Part shown: positions 33,135 through 44,166 of the stretch, one piece after another
How the letters are laid out: each line of letters opens with the position of its first letter
Numbering within the stretch: position 1 is the stretch's first letter
NCBI GenBank assembly: GCA_963752595.1
Contig: CAVVYZ010000022.1
Span: 64,001 to 128,000 of the forward strand
Direction of reading: 5' to 3'
DNA length: 64,000 nucleotides
Source of the DNA: an uncultured delta proteobacterium
GTDB taxonomy: Bacteria > Desulfobacterota > Desulfomonilia > UBA1062
The notes under the pieces: model-generated
Told to the model about the DNA's origin: nothing
The model's database searches: none
The model's input: only the letters and a program-made list of their open reading frames with translations
Made by a program: the position numbers and the translations under genes

Positions 33135-35996
33135 TCAGAACGTGTATCCTATGGAAAAGTGCCACCTGTATGTGCTCTCGCCGGGCTGGGGATCGAGCTT
33201 CCGGCCGTAGAGCAGGCCGATGGGACCGATGGGCGTGACATAACGCAGCCCGGTCCCGTATGATGAACGGGTGTTGTCCGTGACCGGCGTTCCATTGGTT
33301 TTCTGTATCGATCCGGTATCGAAGAACAGGGCGATCTCGAGATTATATGCAACGAGATATCTGGCTTCGATGCTTCCTGCAAGGGACAGTCGGCCTCCCA
33401 CTGGATTCCTGCTCGCATCGTACAGAAGCATATTCTCGTCAAACCCCCGGACATCGAGCGTCCCTCCGAGATAAAAGAGCTGATCGTCCGGCACCCGCAC
33501 GGTGGTCCCGGTGGGATCGACATAGCCGGCCCTTCCCAACCATGCGAATGTCAGGTTTTCCAGCGGACTCACATAGGTGCGGACATCGAGGCGGTACCTG
33601 ACGAAATCGTCGAGAGATTCCTGGAGCCCATTGGTAACATCCACGGAAAAGGAGCTGAACACGCCTCTCTGCGGCCGCAGGAAGGAGTTTCTCGTGTCGT
33701 AGGTGATGCCCGGCGTAACAACGATGACGCTCCTCGGGTCGAAGATGCTCTCATCCTCGATAAGTATGTCTCCGGTCTCGGAATCCTGGAGGGAACGTTT
33801 CCTCCGTTCATACCTGAAATTCAGAGAAGTGAGGACGTGATTCCCATATCGTCTGATAAAACCGAGGTTGGTTCCCAGCGTCGTGAGTTCGAAATCCTGG
33901 TTGAACTCATCCCGGCGTTCCAGAAACAGGTTGTATACCCCTGTGATCCTGGTCCCGAATATCCGGGGCTCATTGAGGCCAAGGTCGTATCTCTCACCTG
34001 TCTGGCTGGCCTCGGCGCCGGCCCAGAGCTCCTTGTTCAGCCCGAAAACATTGCGGTCGCCTGCACGGGCATTGCCGTAGAGCCCGACATTGCTTTCATA
34101 GCCCATGGCTGCCTGGACATAATAGGGCTTTTTCTCCTCCACATCCGCCAGAACCGTTACTTCGTCCGTACCCTCCCGGAGACCAAGGGTCTTGAACTGG
34201 ACCGAGTTGAAGATGCCCATGTTCCGGATCGTGTTCTGGCCTTCAACGATCTTGCGAAGAGAAAACGGATCGCCCGGGTCCATATCGAGCTCCTTCTGAA
34301 GCACTTTCCTCCTCGTCTTGAAATTGCCGCTGAAGTATGTCCTTCCCATCCGGACAAACGGACCCTCGTTTACTGCATAGTGAATGCTCGCGCTTTTTCT
34401 GTCGGCGCTGAACAAAAGAGTCTCCCGTACCTTCACATGGGGATAGCCCCGCTCTGATATGCAGGTGGCCAGGGCGTTTTCATTGCTTTTCACGCCGGAT
34501 TCTACAAACGGCTTACCTTGTTTAAGGCTTATGCATGAGCGTGCCTCTTCGGCGCTGATGGCGGTGATCCCTTCAAAGCTGATGGCCGATACGATGGTCC
34601 GCACCCCTTCAAGGACAATAAGAGAAATGGAGACGTGCTTGCCGTCTTTCTCCCAGGTGAGTTCCTCCCGGACATCTGCATTGACGAACCCGTTCTGTAT
34701 GTACAAGATTTTGATTTCCCGAATGTCCTGTTCAAGGAGATCCCGCACAAAAAGCCTTTTGCCGACCAGCGGTATGATTTTTTTCCAGACATTCATACGG
34801 CTGCGAAGCTCGTCTCCGCCGAATGCGGTGCTGCCCCTGAACGTGATGTCTCTGACGACGGTCTGCGGGCCCTCATTGATCGCAAAGGTGATCTTCCGCT
34901 CCTTCTGAACGCCGGAGTCTTCAGCTCCCTCTTCTGCTTTTACACTCACGGACGGATAGCCGTTATTGCGGTATAATTCACGGATATTCCTGATGCTCTT
35001 TCTGAGCCCGCTCCCCCTTCTATTCCCCTCAGTGAAGAGAACGAGCTGCTTTTTCAGGGTGAAATCAAAGAATTCCTTATTTCCTGTAAACGATATCCTG
35101 TACTTCGGGCCTTCCTGTATCCTTACCGACAGCAAGACATTCCCGCTCCTGGGATCCTTATCCAGTGAGTACGAGACCTCTGCATCGGAAAAGCCTATTC
35201 CGCGGTAAAAAGAGGTGAGATTCTTTATATCGTCCTTCAATGTCTTTTCCCTGAAGCGTGAGGAACTGCCCGGGAAGAAGGACCTTGTCCAGGTGCTCAT
35301 CCGCAGCTTTATCCTGTTCTCAGATACATTCCTGTTTCCTTTGATGACGAGGGAATGGAGCGTGTAGTACCTGTTCTTGGTCAGATGCACCTCAATGATT
35401 GCGGTACCATCATTTTCATGAGGGATAACGGCCACATGTACGCCGGGCCCGATGAATCCCTCGGCAACGAGATACTGCTCTATGAGGGGCTCCTGTTCGG
35501 CAGGCAGGTCAGGCCGGATGTAATCACCCACATAGACGGACATGACGTTGAGGATATCCTGGGTAAAGAGAGGATATTCGCCCGATACCGTGATATCCCT
35601 GATGATGAAGTATGGTTTCAGCCTGAAGACCACGAGCGTCCCCTCCTGTTGCGGAAAGGCCTCCACCGTGACATCCTCGAACCTTCCGCTCGCTTTGAGG
35701 AGCGATACCGATTTATCCATGAGGCCCTTTGAAAAAGGCCGGCCTTCCTGCAGCGAGATCAGATCGCGAGCCAGGGCGAGCAGCTTATTCTGAGGGCCCG
35801 GGTAATTATGGATATCGATACGGATGGTTCTTACCGGATCCTGTGCAGCCACCTTCCCGCCCAGGTTTGTAACATCCGCCCGGGCGCTGCTCGTACCGGG
35901 CATGGCCATGAGGATCAGCGCCATGAGCAGCATCGGCAGGAGGCCTGACCATACGAGTGCGGTATGAGGTTTGCCGCTGCATGCAGCAGGTGTCAC
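33135..35996 (-). CDS. Omp85-family outer-membrane assembly factor (BamA/TamA-like, many POTRA repeats); start uncertain (ORF open to 36110)
   Basis: Repeated POTRA-like units (Y...GF/GY), LDVRGF loop motif, RYVTPIGPI, terminal FSIGYTF. Confidence 0.88.
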   Translation of the reverse strand: MTPAACSGKPHTALVWSGLLPMLLMALILMAMPGTSSARADVTNLGGKVAAQDPVRTIRIDIHNYPGPQNKLLALARDLISLQEGRPFSKGLMDKSVSLLKASGRFEDVTVEAFPQQEGTLVVFRLKPYFIIRDITVSGEYPLFTQDILNVMSVYVGDYIRPDLPAEQEPLIEQYLVAEGFIGPGVHVAVIPHENDGTAIIEVHLTKNRYYTLHSLVIKGNRNVSENRIKLRMSTWTRSFFPGSSSRFREKTLKDDIKNLTSFYRGIGFSDAEVSYSLDKDPRSGNVLLSVRIQEGPKYRISFTGNKEFFDFTLKKQLVLFTEGNRRGSGLRKSIRNIRELYRNNGYPSVSVKAEEGAEDSGVQKERKITFAINEGPQTVVRDITFRGSTAFGGDELRSRMNVWKKIIPLVGKRLFVRDLLEQDIREIKILYIQNGFVNADVREELTWEKDGKHVSISLIVLEGVRTIVSAISFEGITAISAEEARSCISLKQGKPFVESGVKSNENALATCISERGYPHVKVRETLLFSADRKSASIHYAVNEGPFVRMGRTYFSGNFKTRRKVLQKELDMDPGDPFSLRKIVEGQNTIRNMGIFNSVQFKTLGLREGTDEVTVLADVEEKKPYYVQAAMGYESNVGLYGNARAGDRNVFGLNKELWAGAEASQTGERYDLGLNEPRIFGTRITGVYNLFLERRDEFNQDFELTTLGTNLGFIRRYGNHVLTSLNFRYERRKRSLQDSETGDILIEDESIFDPRSVIVVTPGITYDTRNSFLRPQRGVFSSFSVDVTNGLQESLDDFVRYRLDVRTYVSPLENLTFAWLGRAGYVDPTGTTVRVPDDQLFYLGGTLDVRGFDENMLLYDASRNPVGGRLSLAGSIEARYLVAYNLEIALFFDTGSIQKTNGTPVTDNTRSSYGTGLRYVTPIGPIGLLYGRKLDPQPGESTYRWHFSIGYTF

Positions 35997-36009
35997 TCTC
36001 GTCTTCTGC

Positions 36010-39000
36010 CTACCGGAATTCTGCTTTGAACTGTAAATCCGCACCGAATGCCCCTTTGCTATCCTGGAATCCATTGACTGCCAGGTTCTCGAAGAACTTG
36101 AACTCGGCAATGGCCGTTCGTGTAACTTCGTTGTTCTGTGTTTCCAGAGAATATTTTACCGTCAACCGGCGGGTAAGCTCTTCCCCAACCGTTATCTTGA
36201 TGTCTTCACCCTGCCGGCCTTGCAGAGGACCCTTTGTCTCGAACTCCAGGATATCGAGCCCGGTGGATTCCCTCACCCGCTCCCCATAGGTATTGGCCAG
36301 GACTTCCGCCAGCATGCTGGACGGGCTTCTCTGTACCGTACCCGTTCCGCCTGCGATTTCATCCGGGGTCCTGCCTGTCGCCAGCAGAGAGAGGATGACG
36401 GCGTTTTCTGCAGGAGGGTTGGAGCTCAGCTCTATGTTCAGATTATCGAGAGGCCCCGAGACTGCCAGGAATATGGTCCACTCCCTGACCCGGCCTTCTG
36501 CGCGCAAATCTACTTCGGGCTCGGTCCGGTAGGGGTTCGAAAAATCGACAACGCCCCTGGTTACGGTAAAGGTCCTCTTCTGATAGGTGATAGTGCCTTC
36601 AGCCACCGAGACCCTTCCGGTGGCAACCGGATTATTCAGGGTGCCTACAATCTGCAGGTCCGGGTTCAGGCTCATTTCTGCAAGGTTGTTCTCGATCATG
36701 ACCGTTCCCCTCCTGATCACGGTCAGATCGAGTGACAGGTTGCGGAGGAACGGTGCATGTATGGGCTCGCCGGGTGCCTCTGCAGCCCTTCGCCCGCCGG
36801 TGATCCGCTCTCCTACTTCTGCGATGAGATTCAACTGAAGGTCTTTATAGTACAACCCGTCGAGGATCGCCACATTCCCCTGGAGAAGCGTGTCATCAGG
36901 GGTTCCTGAGAGAGAGACATTGGTTTCGATGAGGAGCTCCATGGAATCGGGTATGATCACGGGCAGCGACCGGGCACTGGCATTGAGGTTAACCTCGACA
37001 GGCTGGAAATCTCTCAGGCCGATCGTTCCGCGGGCAGTAAAGTAACCGGTATCGAGCTGCCCGGCGAGGTTTTCGATAACGACCTGCTCGGGGGTTAGGC
37101 TGATGTGCCCGTTTACGTTGTGGAGGCTCTGGTTATTATAGGAAAGGATGTACTGGACATTGGAAAGATACACATCCCCATTGATCACCGGCTTCATGAC
37201 CGGCCCTTGCGCAGATAACCGGAAGCGGACATCTCCCTCCAGGTCTGCGAGGTCCTGGTCGACGACGGCCATGACCCCCATAGGTATCGTCCCCTGAGCC
37301 GTCATATCGAGCCTCCCGTTCCGGTCGGTAACCGCCTGGATGGTCATGCTTCCCCGGCTCAGCAGCGAGATCCTGGACAAGGGAATGTTCAGCTGCCTGT
37401 CATGATACCACAGCGCGAGTTTTGAAGCGCTGATGAGGTTGGTTCCCTTGAGCGAGATATCGACATCGGCCACATCCAGGGTCATTTCGATGTCCTCGAT
37501 ATCGTGCGCATTGCCTCTTATCTCAGCTGTCCCGGTAAGCAGGCCGCCCAGATCGGGCCTGCCGGCGATGGCAAAGTACGGAACAAGCTCCATGTGGTCG
37601 AAGAACGCCTGGATAAGGAGATCGCTCGTCTTGACATCGTACGTCCCTCTGAATCCGAAACTGTTCTGGCCGGTCATGTTGAGCTTCCAGTCTTTCATGA
37701 GAAGATCGATGGACACGTCCTTGAGGTTCTGATTGCTCACCGCTATATCCATGAGCCTGAGAGAGCCGCTCATGTGGGGGTCGCCGAGAGTTCCCTGCCC
37801 TGAGATCGTGAAAGCGGCACGGCCTTTTGTAACCTGATAGGCCTTGAGGAACGGGAATGAATCGAGCATGATCCCCGATGAAGAAAGAGCAAAGTCATAC
37901 TGTTTTTTCTCATCCAGGCTGATCCATCCCGAACCGGTGATTCTCTGGTCCCCCTTCACCGCGATATCGAGGCTCTCGATGCTGACCTTCCGGTTTCCGA
38001 TAACCGAATAGATGCCGGCTTTCTCGATATTCTGGTCCTGGATCGCCAGGTCTGTGGCGTTTGCGAGGAACGTTCCCTGCGGGTTCTTCATGCTTCCGCT
38101 TATGTTCGCATGAAGCGAGAGTATGCCTTGGGCAGGGAACCCGAAATCCTCGATCCTGATGCCGCTGCCTGATGCAATGAGGTTCACTTCCGGATCAGGC
38201 ATGATGCGCCTTTTTTTTGTATCCAGGATATGAATCCGGCCCGAAGCGTGCATTACTGATTCCCGGTTGCTTAAGTCGAGGCGTTCGATCGTGGCTGTGC
38301 CGCCGGAGATGCCGCCTTCGAGAGAGATGTTCCCAAGTTCTAAGTCATGATACCCGATACCGGCTGCTTCCACAGCAAAGGTCCCTGAAGGATCGAGGGC
38401 GCTTCCTCCTATGTGCAGGTCACCCTCGATGCTGCCTTTCACTCCTCCCTGCGCAATGAGTTTTCTCAGGTTGGAGGACCGGATGTGGGCATTGGCCGAG
38501 AGGGGCATCCGGGGATCGAGGGTGAAACCTTTTTGAAAGACTTTTACGCTTCCTGAAGCGGTCAGGACAGGCTCGCCGTTATTCACCTCAAGCTCTGCGA
38601 TTCTTACTTGTCCTCTCTCGTCGAGCCCTGCTTCCATTGCGATGTCGCCCAGGGAGTATTCCTGCCATCTGACATTTCGGCCCTTTGCGGAGGCCAAGAC
38701 TCTCGGGCTTCCGAACGAACCCGAAATTTGGGCAGCGGCTGCGAGTGATCCGGATATCCTGTCCAGCGGCCGGGCAAAGGCCCTTTCCATTCGGTCGGCT
38801 TTCAGATTTACACCGGCCTGGAGCGTCCTTGCGGCAAGGTTCACTTTTCCCTGTATATTTGTATCCATCCCGGGGGTAGTGATGCTGGTTGCCGTCAGGC
38901 TCAGCATCGGGTAATCGAGAACTGCCCTGCCCTTTACCGTGACGTTGTCCATCTTTACCGGAGAATCCGGGAATCCATCTTTCAGGCTGAGCGCATAGGT

Positions 39001-40221
39001 CGTTTTTCCCGAGATGCCCGGTGGAGTTATGCCCTTTCCCGACACGACGGCGTTGCCGGAAACGCTTTTCGGATACCCCTTCCCATCCGGAAAGATCCGG
39101 GTAAAGTCAAGACCCCTGGCGGTTGCTGCAAGATCGTATGAGACGGCACCGGGGTCCGGCCTGCTCAGCAAAAACCCTTTGGAGAAGGCATTTTTGAGGT
39201 CGATGGTCCCTTTGACGAGGGCATCTCCCGAGGCGATGTGTGCCGAAGCCTCGTGCAGGGTAAATACCCGGTCGTTGAGTGCAAAAGCCGCCCTGCCCCG
39301 GTCGATACGCACTCCGGCGATCTTTCCTCCTGAATAGCGGGCCTCCCCTGAGCTGTCTGGGTTATCCAGGGTACCCTTCAGGGCGATGCGCCCTGTTGCG
39401 TTGCCGGTAAAGGCCTTTTCCGCTCCGAAGACTGCTGCGAAATCGGAAATCTCACCGCCCGAATCAAGGGTGATGTCCAGGACAGGATTATTGAAAAGGT
39501 CCTGCACGGATCCTTTCAGGGCTGCATGGAAATTGCCTGTGTTCGTCTCCAGGAAGAGCGGATCGAGCCTGGCGTCATGAAGAGATGCCTGCATGATCGT
39601 GTTATGCAGGGCGATCGGGGAACCACCCATAGCGATGCGTGCATTTTCTATGGCGGCCCTGAGTCTGCCCGAGGTTTCCATGAAATCCATGGAGCTTGTA
39701 ATGTCGACGTCCGAAAGGCTGATGAGAAGTTCCCGGCTTTTAGCTTCAAACCCGATATTGCCGTCCTTGATCGCTATGCTTTCCAGGATTACCGAATATT
39801 CGCTGCCTGGTTCTTCGGGGGTTTCTTCCTCCTCCACGAAGGCCTGCACGATATTGAGCCTGTTATCTTCTGACAGCTTAAGCATGAGCTTGGGTCTGAA
39901 AGCGGAGGCAGATGATATGATGATCCGCTTCCTGAGCAGAGCCGGAAGGTTCATCTCCGCCCTGATCGTTTCAGTTGTGAGGATTACGCTGTCATCCGGC
40001 CCGAGAAGGAGGGCATCGCCAAGTTCAATGTGTTGGCCGAGAAGTGAGATGGACGCCCGGCCGTAGGAAATCTTCCCCGGTATAAGGGAATTCACCGTAT
40101 CCAAGGCGAATCTTTCACCGCGCTCCGTCATGAGAAAGAGATGAAGCCCTGCCACCGAAAAAAGGACAAGGAGCAGGATCAGCAAAATCGATGTGAGGAT
40201 AATCCTCAAAAACTTTCTCAT
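36010..40221 (-). CDS. tamB: Translocation/assembly module TamB-like protein
   Basis: 1403 aa, N-terminal anchor, long Gly-rich beta repeats, DUF490-like C-terminus (LSSNPP...ILSLLATG). Confidence 0.85.
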   Translation of the reverse strand: MRKFLRIILTSILLILLLVLFSVAGLHLFLMTERGERFALDTVNSLIPGKISYGRASISLLGQHIELGDALLLGPDDSVILTTETIRAEMNLPALLRKRIIISSASAFRPKLMLKLSEDNRLNIVQAFVEEEETPEEPGSEYSVILESIAIKDGNIGFEAKSRELLISLSDVDITSSMDFMETSGRLRAAIENARIAMGGSPIALHNTIMQASLHDARLDPLFLETNTGNFHAALKGSVQDLFNNPVLDITLDSGGEISDFAAVFGAEKAFTGNATGRIALKGTLDNPDSSGEARYSGGKIAGVRIDRGRAAFALNDRVFTLHEASAHIASGDALVKGTIDLKNAFSKGFLLSRPDPGAVSYDLAATARGLDFTRIFPDGKGYPKSVSGNAVVSGKGITPPGISGKTTYALSLKDGFPDSPVKMDNVTVKGRAVLDYPMLSLTATSITTPGMDTNIQGKVNLAARTLQAGVNLKADRMERAFARPLDRISGSLAAAAQISGSFGSPRVLASAKGRNVRWQEYSLGDIAMEAGLDERGQVRIAELEVNNGEPVLTASGSVKVFQKGFTLDPRMPLSANAHIRSSNLRKLIAQGGVKGSIEGDLHIGGSALDPSGTFAVEAAGIGYHDLELGNISLEGGISGGTATIERLDLSNRESVMHASGRIHILDTKKRRIMPDPEVNLIASGSGIRIEDFGFPAQGILSLHANISGSMKNPQGTFLANATDLAIQDQNIEKAGIYSVIGNRKVSIESLDIAVKGDQRITGSGWISLDEKKQYDFALSSSGIMLDSFPFLKAYQVTKGRAAFTISGQGTLGDPHMSGSLRLMDIAVSNQNLKDVSIDLLMKDWKLNMTGQNSFGFRGTYDVKTSDLLIQAFFDHMELVPYFAIAGRPDLGGLLTGTAEIRGNAHDIEDIEMTLDVADVDISLKGTNLISASKLALWYHDRQLNIPLSRISLLSRGSMTIQAVTDRNGRLDMTAQGTIPMGVMAVVDQDLADLEGDVRFRLSAQGPVMKPVINGDVYLSNVQYILSYNNQSLHNVNGHISLTPEQVVIENLAGQLDTGYFTARGTIGLRDFQPVEVNLNASARSLPVIIPDSMELLIETNVSLSGTPDDTLLQGNVAILDGLYYKDLQLNLIAEVGERITGGRRAAEAPGEPIHAPFLRNLSLDLTVIRRGTVMIENNLAEMSLNPDLQIVGTLNNPVATGRVSVAEGTITYQKRTFTVTRGVVDFSNPYRTEPEVDLRAEGRVREWTIFLAVSGPLDNLNIELSSNPPAENAVILSLLATGRTPDEIAGGTGTVQRSPSSMLAEVLANTYGERVRESTGLDILEFETKGPLQGRQGEDIKITVGEELTRRLTVKYSLETQNNEVTRTAIAEFKFFENLAVNGFQDSKGAFGADLQFKAEFR

Positions 40222-40283
40222 CCTTTTTCAACTACCTTTTGGAGATACTCCATTCCTCTGCTTTTATATCTCTTATTGCAGGG

Positions 40284-41354
40284 TCAGAGCCACTTCTTCT
40301 TTTTGAATATGCCAAGCATCCCTCCTGCCAGAGTGATCGAACCCAGCCAGAATACCGGATACGACCAGCGCCAGTGCTGCCCGGGAATAAATTCGAAATT
40401 CATCCCGTAAACACCGGTCAGAAACGTGAGCGGGATGAAGATTGTGGAAAATATGGTGAGAACCTTCATGATCTCGTTCATGCGGTTGCTTAAGCTGGAA
40501 AGATAGGCATCCATCATGTTGGAAAGGATGTCGCGGTAAGTATCGAGGGTATCCATGATCTGGATGATGTGGTCATAGACGTCCCGGAAATGGACTTCCG
40601 TCGTCTGCCGGATGAGGTCTGATTCGCCTCTTTCGAGATCATTGATCACCTCTCTCATGGGAAGAATGGATTTCCTCAAGAAAATCAACTCAGTTTTCAG
40701 TTCGTGGATAGCATGGGTGGTCTCCCGGCCGGGCCGTCCCAGTACGATTTCCTCCATATCCTCGATAGACTCTCCCATGGTTTCCAGGGTATTGAAATAG
40801 TTGTCTACAACCGCATCGACAAGAAGGTAGGCAAGATAGTCGGCACCTTCTTTCTTGACCCTGCCTTTCCCGTTCCGGATAAGCTTGCGTACCCGGTCAA
40901 AGACATCCCCGTCCTTTTCCTGAAACGATATGACATAATTCTTCCCGATAACCAAGCTCACGTGCTCTGCGGCAATTTCCCGATTATCCCCTTCAAGATA
41001 CAACATCTTTAATATGACGAGGATATAGTCGTCATAGTCTTCTATTTTGGGCCTGCCGCCGGTATTCAGTATATCTTCCTGATGAAGGGAATGTAAGCCG
41101 AAGCATGATCCCAGCGATGCAATGAGCTCGGTGTCATGAAGGCCGGCAACATTGATCCAGCTTACCGTCGATGTATCCTTAAAAGGTATGCACTCATGGA
41201 CATCCAGTATCTCGCGCTCCTCGATATGATCGCTGTCATAATCAATGAGCGTTACCTTGACCTTCTCAGCCATCCTCTCGCCGATATGAACGAGGGTGCC
41301 GGGCGGCAAGCCTGCCTTGGCCGAAACCTTCTTGATAAACCGCGCCATGAACAT
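40284..41354 (-). CDS. corA: Magnesium/cobalt transporter CorA
   Basis: AGLPPGTL, EDILNT, MNEIMKVLT, YGMNF signature. Confidence 0.96.
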   Translation of the reverse strand: MFMARFIKKVSAKAGLPPGTLVHIGERMAEKVKVTLIDYDSDHIEEREILDVHECIPFKDTSTVSWINVAGLHDTELIASLGSCFGLHSLHQEDILNTGGRPKIEDYDDYILVILKMLYLEGDNREIAAEHVSLVIGKNYVISFQEKDGDVFDRVRKLIRNGKGRVKKEGADYLAYLLVDAVVDNYFNTLETMGESIEDMEEIVLGRPGRETTHAIHELKTELIFLRKSILPMREVINDLERGESDLIRQTTEVHFRDVYDHIIQIMDTLDTYRDILSNMMDAYLSSLSNRMNEIMKVLTIFSTIFIPLTFLTGVYGMNFEFIPGQHWRWSYPVFWLGSITLAGGMLGIFKKKKWL

Positions 41355-41560
41355 CCACCTCCCATAAAAAAGGATAATGGAATGATGAGGGAAAGAGAAG
41401 AAATAATCAATAGACTTCAGAGATATCCCGATACGGACCCGGTCTCCGTATTCTATGAATGAGATTTATCGGGAAGCATAGGGGAGGTCTGATGATAAGT
41501 TCTCACAAAACGGATGAGCCCCCGGGGCATCGTGCCCTTAAGCACGTACGTAAAGCCGTC

Positions 41561-43147
41561 TTACCCGGCTGCACGCCTTTCCTGATCAGGCCTTGCCTTG
41601 CTGATGAGCGGCCGGCCGCGTTTGCCTTTAAGCTGTTTCTGGATGCGTGCCGCTTCTGCCGAGGGGATACTGACAAAGGCGAAGTCGTCCCTGATCTCTA
41701 TGTCGCGGACGAGCTTTTCTTTCAGGCCTGTGGTCTGGCTGATGAACTTGGCCAGTTTTCTCGGCGTGATGCCGTGCCTGCGGCCGCGGGCTACGAAGAG
41801 CCTCGTGTTCGGCGACTTGATTTCTGATTTCACCGGGAAGATCTCTCCGTATGACGATGCATCGAGTTTGCCGGAAAATGCGTGCTGAAGGCAGGCTGCC
41901 AGGACGGTTTTGATATCCCCTGCGGTGAGCAGTTCGGCTGCGAGCACGGAATATTCGCCAAAATCATCCCCTGCCATGGTCTGCTCGATCTGGGATCTGA
42001 TATGGGCTCGCTTGGCTGCGATAATCTCTTTGACTTTGGGGATCGAACCCTTCCGCAGAGCCGACCCTGAGGCTTTACGGATAATGTCGAGCATCCGGCC
42101 TTCCTTGGGTGTTACCAGGGTGACGGCTATTCCCTTTCTCCCTGCCCTGCCGGTACGACCGATACGGTGGGTGTAGGCATCGGTGTCCTGCGGAATGGTA
42201 TAGTTGACCACGTGGGTAAGGTGCTCGACATCGATCCCTCTCGCAGCAACATCCGTTGCCGCAAGGATCGTAATCGTCTTGTCGCGGAACGACCGCATGA
42301 TCTTCTCGCGGCCGTACTGGTCTATCTCGCCGTGTATGCCGTCTGCCGAATATCCCCTGGAGACGAGCTTTTCAGCTATTTCTGCAGTCTCGATCCTCGT
42401 GCGGCAGAAAACCAAGCCGTAAAATTCGGGTTCGAGGTCGATAATGCGGCACAGCGCCTCGAACTTGTCCTGCTCCCGCACCTCGTAGAATATCTGGTCG
42501 GTAAGATTTTTCGCTTCGGGCTTTCTGGCAATGGAGACTGTTTCATAGTTCTTCATGAACCGCTTGGCAATGCCGATCACCTGGCGGGGAATGGTCGCGG
42601 AGAAGAGCAGCGTTCTGCGCTGCACGGGGGCATGGGAAATTATCGCTTCGATATCCTCGATAAAGCCCATGTCGAGCATCTGATCGGCCTCGTCAAGCAC
42701 CAGGAAGGAGAGGCAGTCCAGGCAGAGCGATCCTCTCTTGAGGTGATCGAGGATGCGGCCGGGCGTTCCCACAACGATATCCACCCCTTGTTTCAGGAAT
42801 TTAAGCTGAAGCCCCATACCCTGTCCGCCGTATGCCGGAAGGATTGTGAGCCTCCTGCCGTTGTTGAGGGTATCCAGTTCGCCTGCCACCTGAAGGGCCA
42901 GTTCCCTTGTGGGTACGAGCACAAGTGCCTTTACGTGTCTGTCATTCGGATCAAGTTTTTCGATTATCGGTATGCCGAATGCCGCTGTTTTACCCGTTCC
43001 GGTGGCAGCCTGCGCTACCACGTCGGATTCCTTGTTCATGAGAAAAGGAATGATCTCCCGCTGAACAGGCGTAGGCTCCTGAAAACCTTTGCGTGCAAGC
43101 GTCTTGATCATAGCCTCTGAAAGGCCGAGGCCTTTGAATTGATCCAT
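41561..43147 (-). CDS. DEAD-box RNA helicase with DbpA-type C-terminal RNA-binding domain (DeaD/CsdA-like)
   Basis: ATGTGKT, PTRELA, TPGR, DEAD, SAT, ARGID, HRIGRTGRAG. Confidence 0.95.
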   Translation of the reverse strand: MDQFKGLGLSEAMIKTLARKGFQEPTPVQREIIPFLMNKESDVVAQAATGTGKTAAFGIPIIEKLDPNDRHVKALVLVPTRELALQVAGELDTLNNGRRLTILPAYGGQGMGLQLKFLKQGVDIVVGTPGRILDHLKRGSLCLDCLSFLVLDEADQMLDMGFIEDIEAIISHAPVQRRTLLFSATIPRQVIGIAKRFMKNYETVSIARKPEAKNLTDQIFYEVREQDKFEALCRIIDLEPEFYGLVFCRTRIETAEIAEKLVSRGYSADGIHGEIDQYGREKIMRSFRDKTITILAATDVAARGIDVEHLTHVVNYTIPQDTDAYTHRIGRTGRAGRKGIAVTLVTPKEGRMLDIIRKASGSALRKGSIPKVKEIIAAKRAHIRSQIEQTMAGDDFGEYSVLAAELLTAGDIKTVLAACLQHAFSGKLDASSYGEIFPVKSEIKSPNTRLFVARGRRHGITPRKLAKFISQTTGLKEKLVRDIEIRDDFAFVSIPSAEAARIQKQLKGKRGRPLISKARPDQERRAAG

Positions 43148-43379
43148 ACTGATTCCCCTTTGTTGTTTTCGGTTCCATCTCGTTGACACACAAAGGATCA
43201 GCAATGCATATCTTTGAAGGTGGCGCCAAGACTATTTGTCAGATGCCTTATATACGATCCGGCAAAGAAAGCCAGAAAATAATCACACTTAGCCTCAAAT
43301 TACAGCAAATATTTGTTTAATATGTCTCTGATCAGGCTCCAACTGCTCCATCTTTGGAGTGAAAAGGGCACTGGAGGAT

Positions 43380-43646
43380 TCATATCCAATATACTTTTTC
43401 ACCTTTCCCCTTTTTTTCATCGTAGATCTTCCTGGCTTCTTCATGGTCATAGATCTTTTCAGGAGCGCCCAGGATCAGATAACTGCCGCATTCAGCATTG
43501 GGACAGCCTGCCCTTACCCATTTGAAAACCAGGGCGGCGCGTTCCACGGAAGGCTCCATCTCCGACCAGAAAACTTCGCTTCCGCATCCCTCGCACTTGA
43601 AATAATGCACTGGGGTTCCGTCTTTTTTTTCCGGATCGATTTCCAT
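43380..43646 (-). CDS. Small zinc-ribbon hypothetical protein
   Basis: CEGC...CPNAEC; GGGAGG RBS. Confidence 0.65.
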   Translation of the reverse strand: MEIDPEKKDGTPVHYFKCEGCGSEVFWSEMEPSVERAALVFKWVRAGCPNAECGSYLILGAPEKIYDHEEARKIYDEKKGKGEKVYWI

Positions 43647-43672
43647 GAGACCTCCCTTCCCGGGAAAAATGT

Positions 43673-43987
43673 TTACTCTTCTCCTGCCCCTGCCCTCAGG
43701 AAAACCGGAGGGACTCTGCAGGGCCTGATGTCGATCTTCTCCCAGACCTTTCCGGTGACATACGGCTCGGTCCGCAAGTACTCATCGAGAGCACGGCGCG
43801 AATCAAAATCATAGACGACTATCGAGCCTATCATAGAACCGCTGCCATCGAGCAGGGCTGCTCCGTAGAGCGCCTTACCCTGAGCCTTGAGCCGTTCTAT
43901 GGATAGAAGATGACGATCGCGTACCGCCATCCTTCTCAAAGGTGCCTCTTCATCAATGCCATCGTGTGCAATGACAAGAAAGTGCAT
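43673..43987 (-). CDS. YciI family protein
   Basis: MHFLVIAHD...RDRHL...MIGSIVVYDF...EPYVTGKVW. Confidence 0.85.
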   Translation of the reverse strand: MHFLVIAHDGIDEEAPLRRMAVRDRHLLSIERLKAQGKALYGAALLDGSGSMIGSIVVYDFDSRRALDEYLRTEPYVTGKVWEKIDIRPCRVPPVFLRAGAGEE

Positions 43988-44166
43988 GACAGCCTCTCCT
44001 CTTCCAGATACGATCAATGTTCTTAAGATGTCCTGTTTATTCTCCCAGGTTCATTCTTGCAAGAATGATTTTCACCGGATGCAAGGGGGTATGCTGCATT
44101 ATCTTTGCCCACTCCGGTTTGATCAACCATAAAAAGGGCGCATGGACTGAACTGATGGCTGCACGC

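Noticed and set aside
42167-43120. Long antisense ORFs (also 12683-14047, 10763-11572, 58428-59219, 60736-61437)
   Set aside because: Shadow frames opposite well-supported genes, with no recognisable motifs
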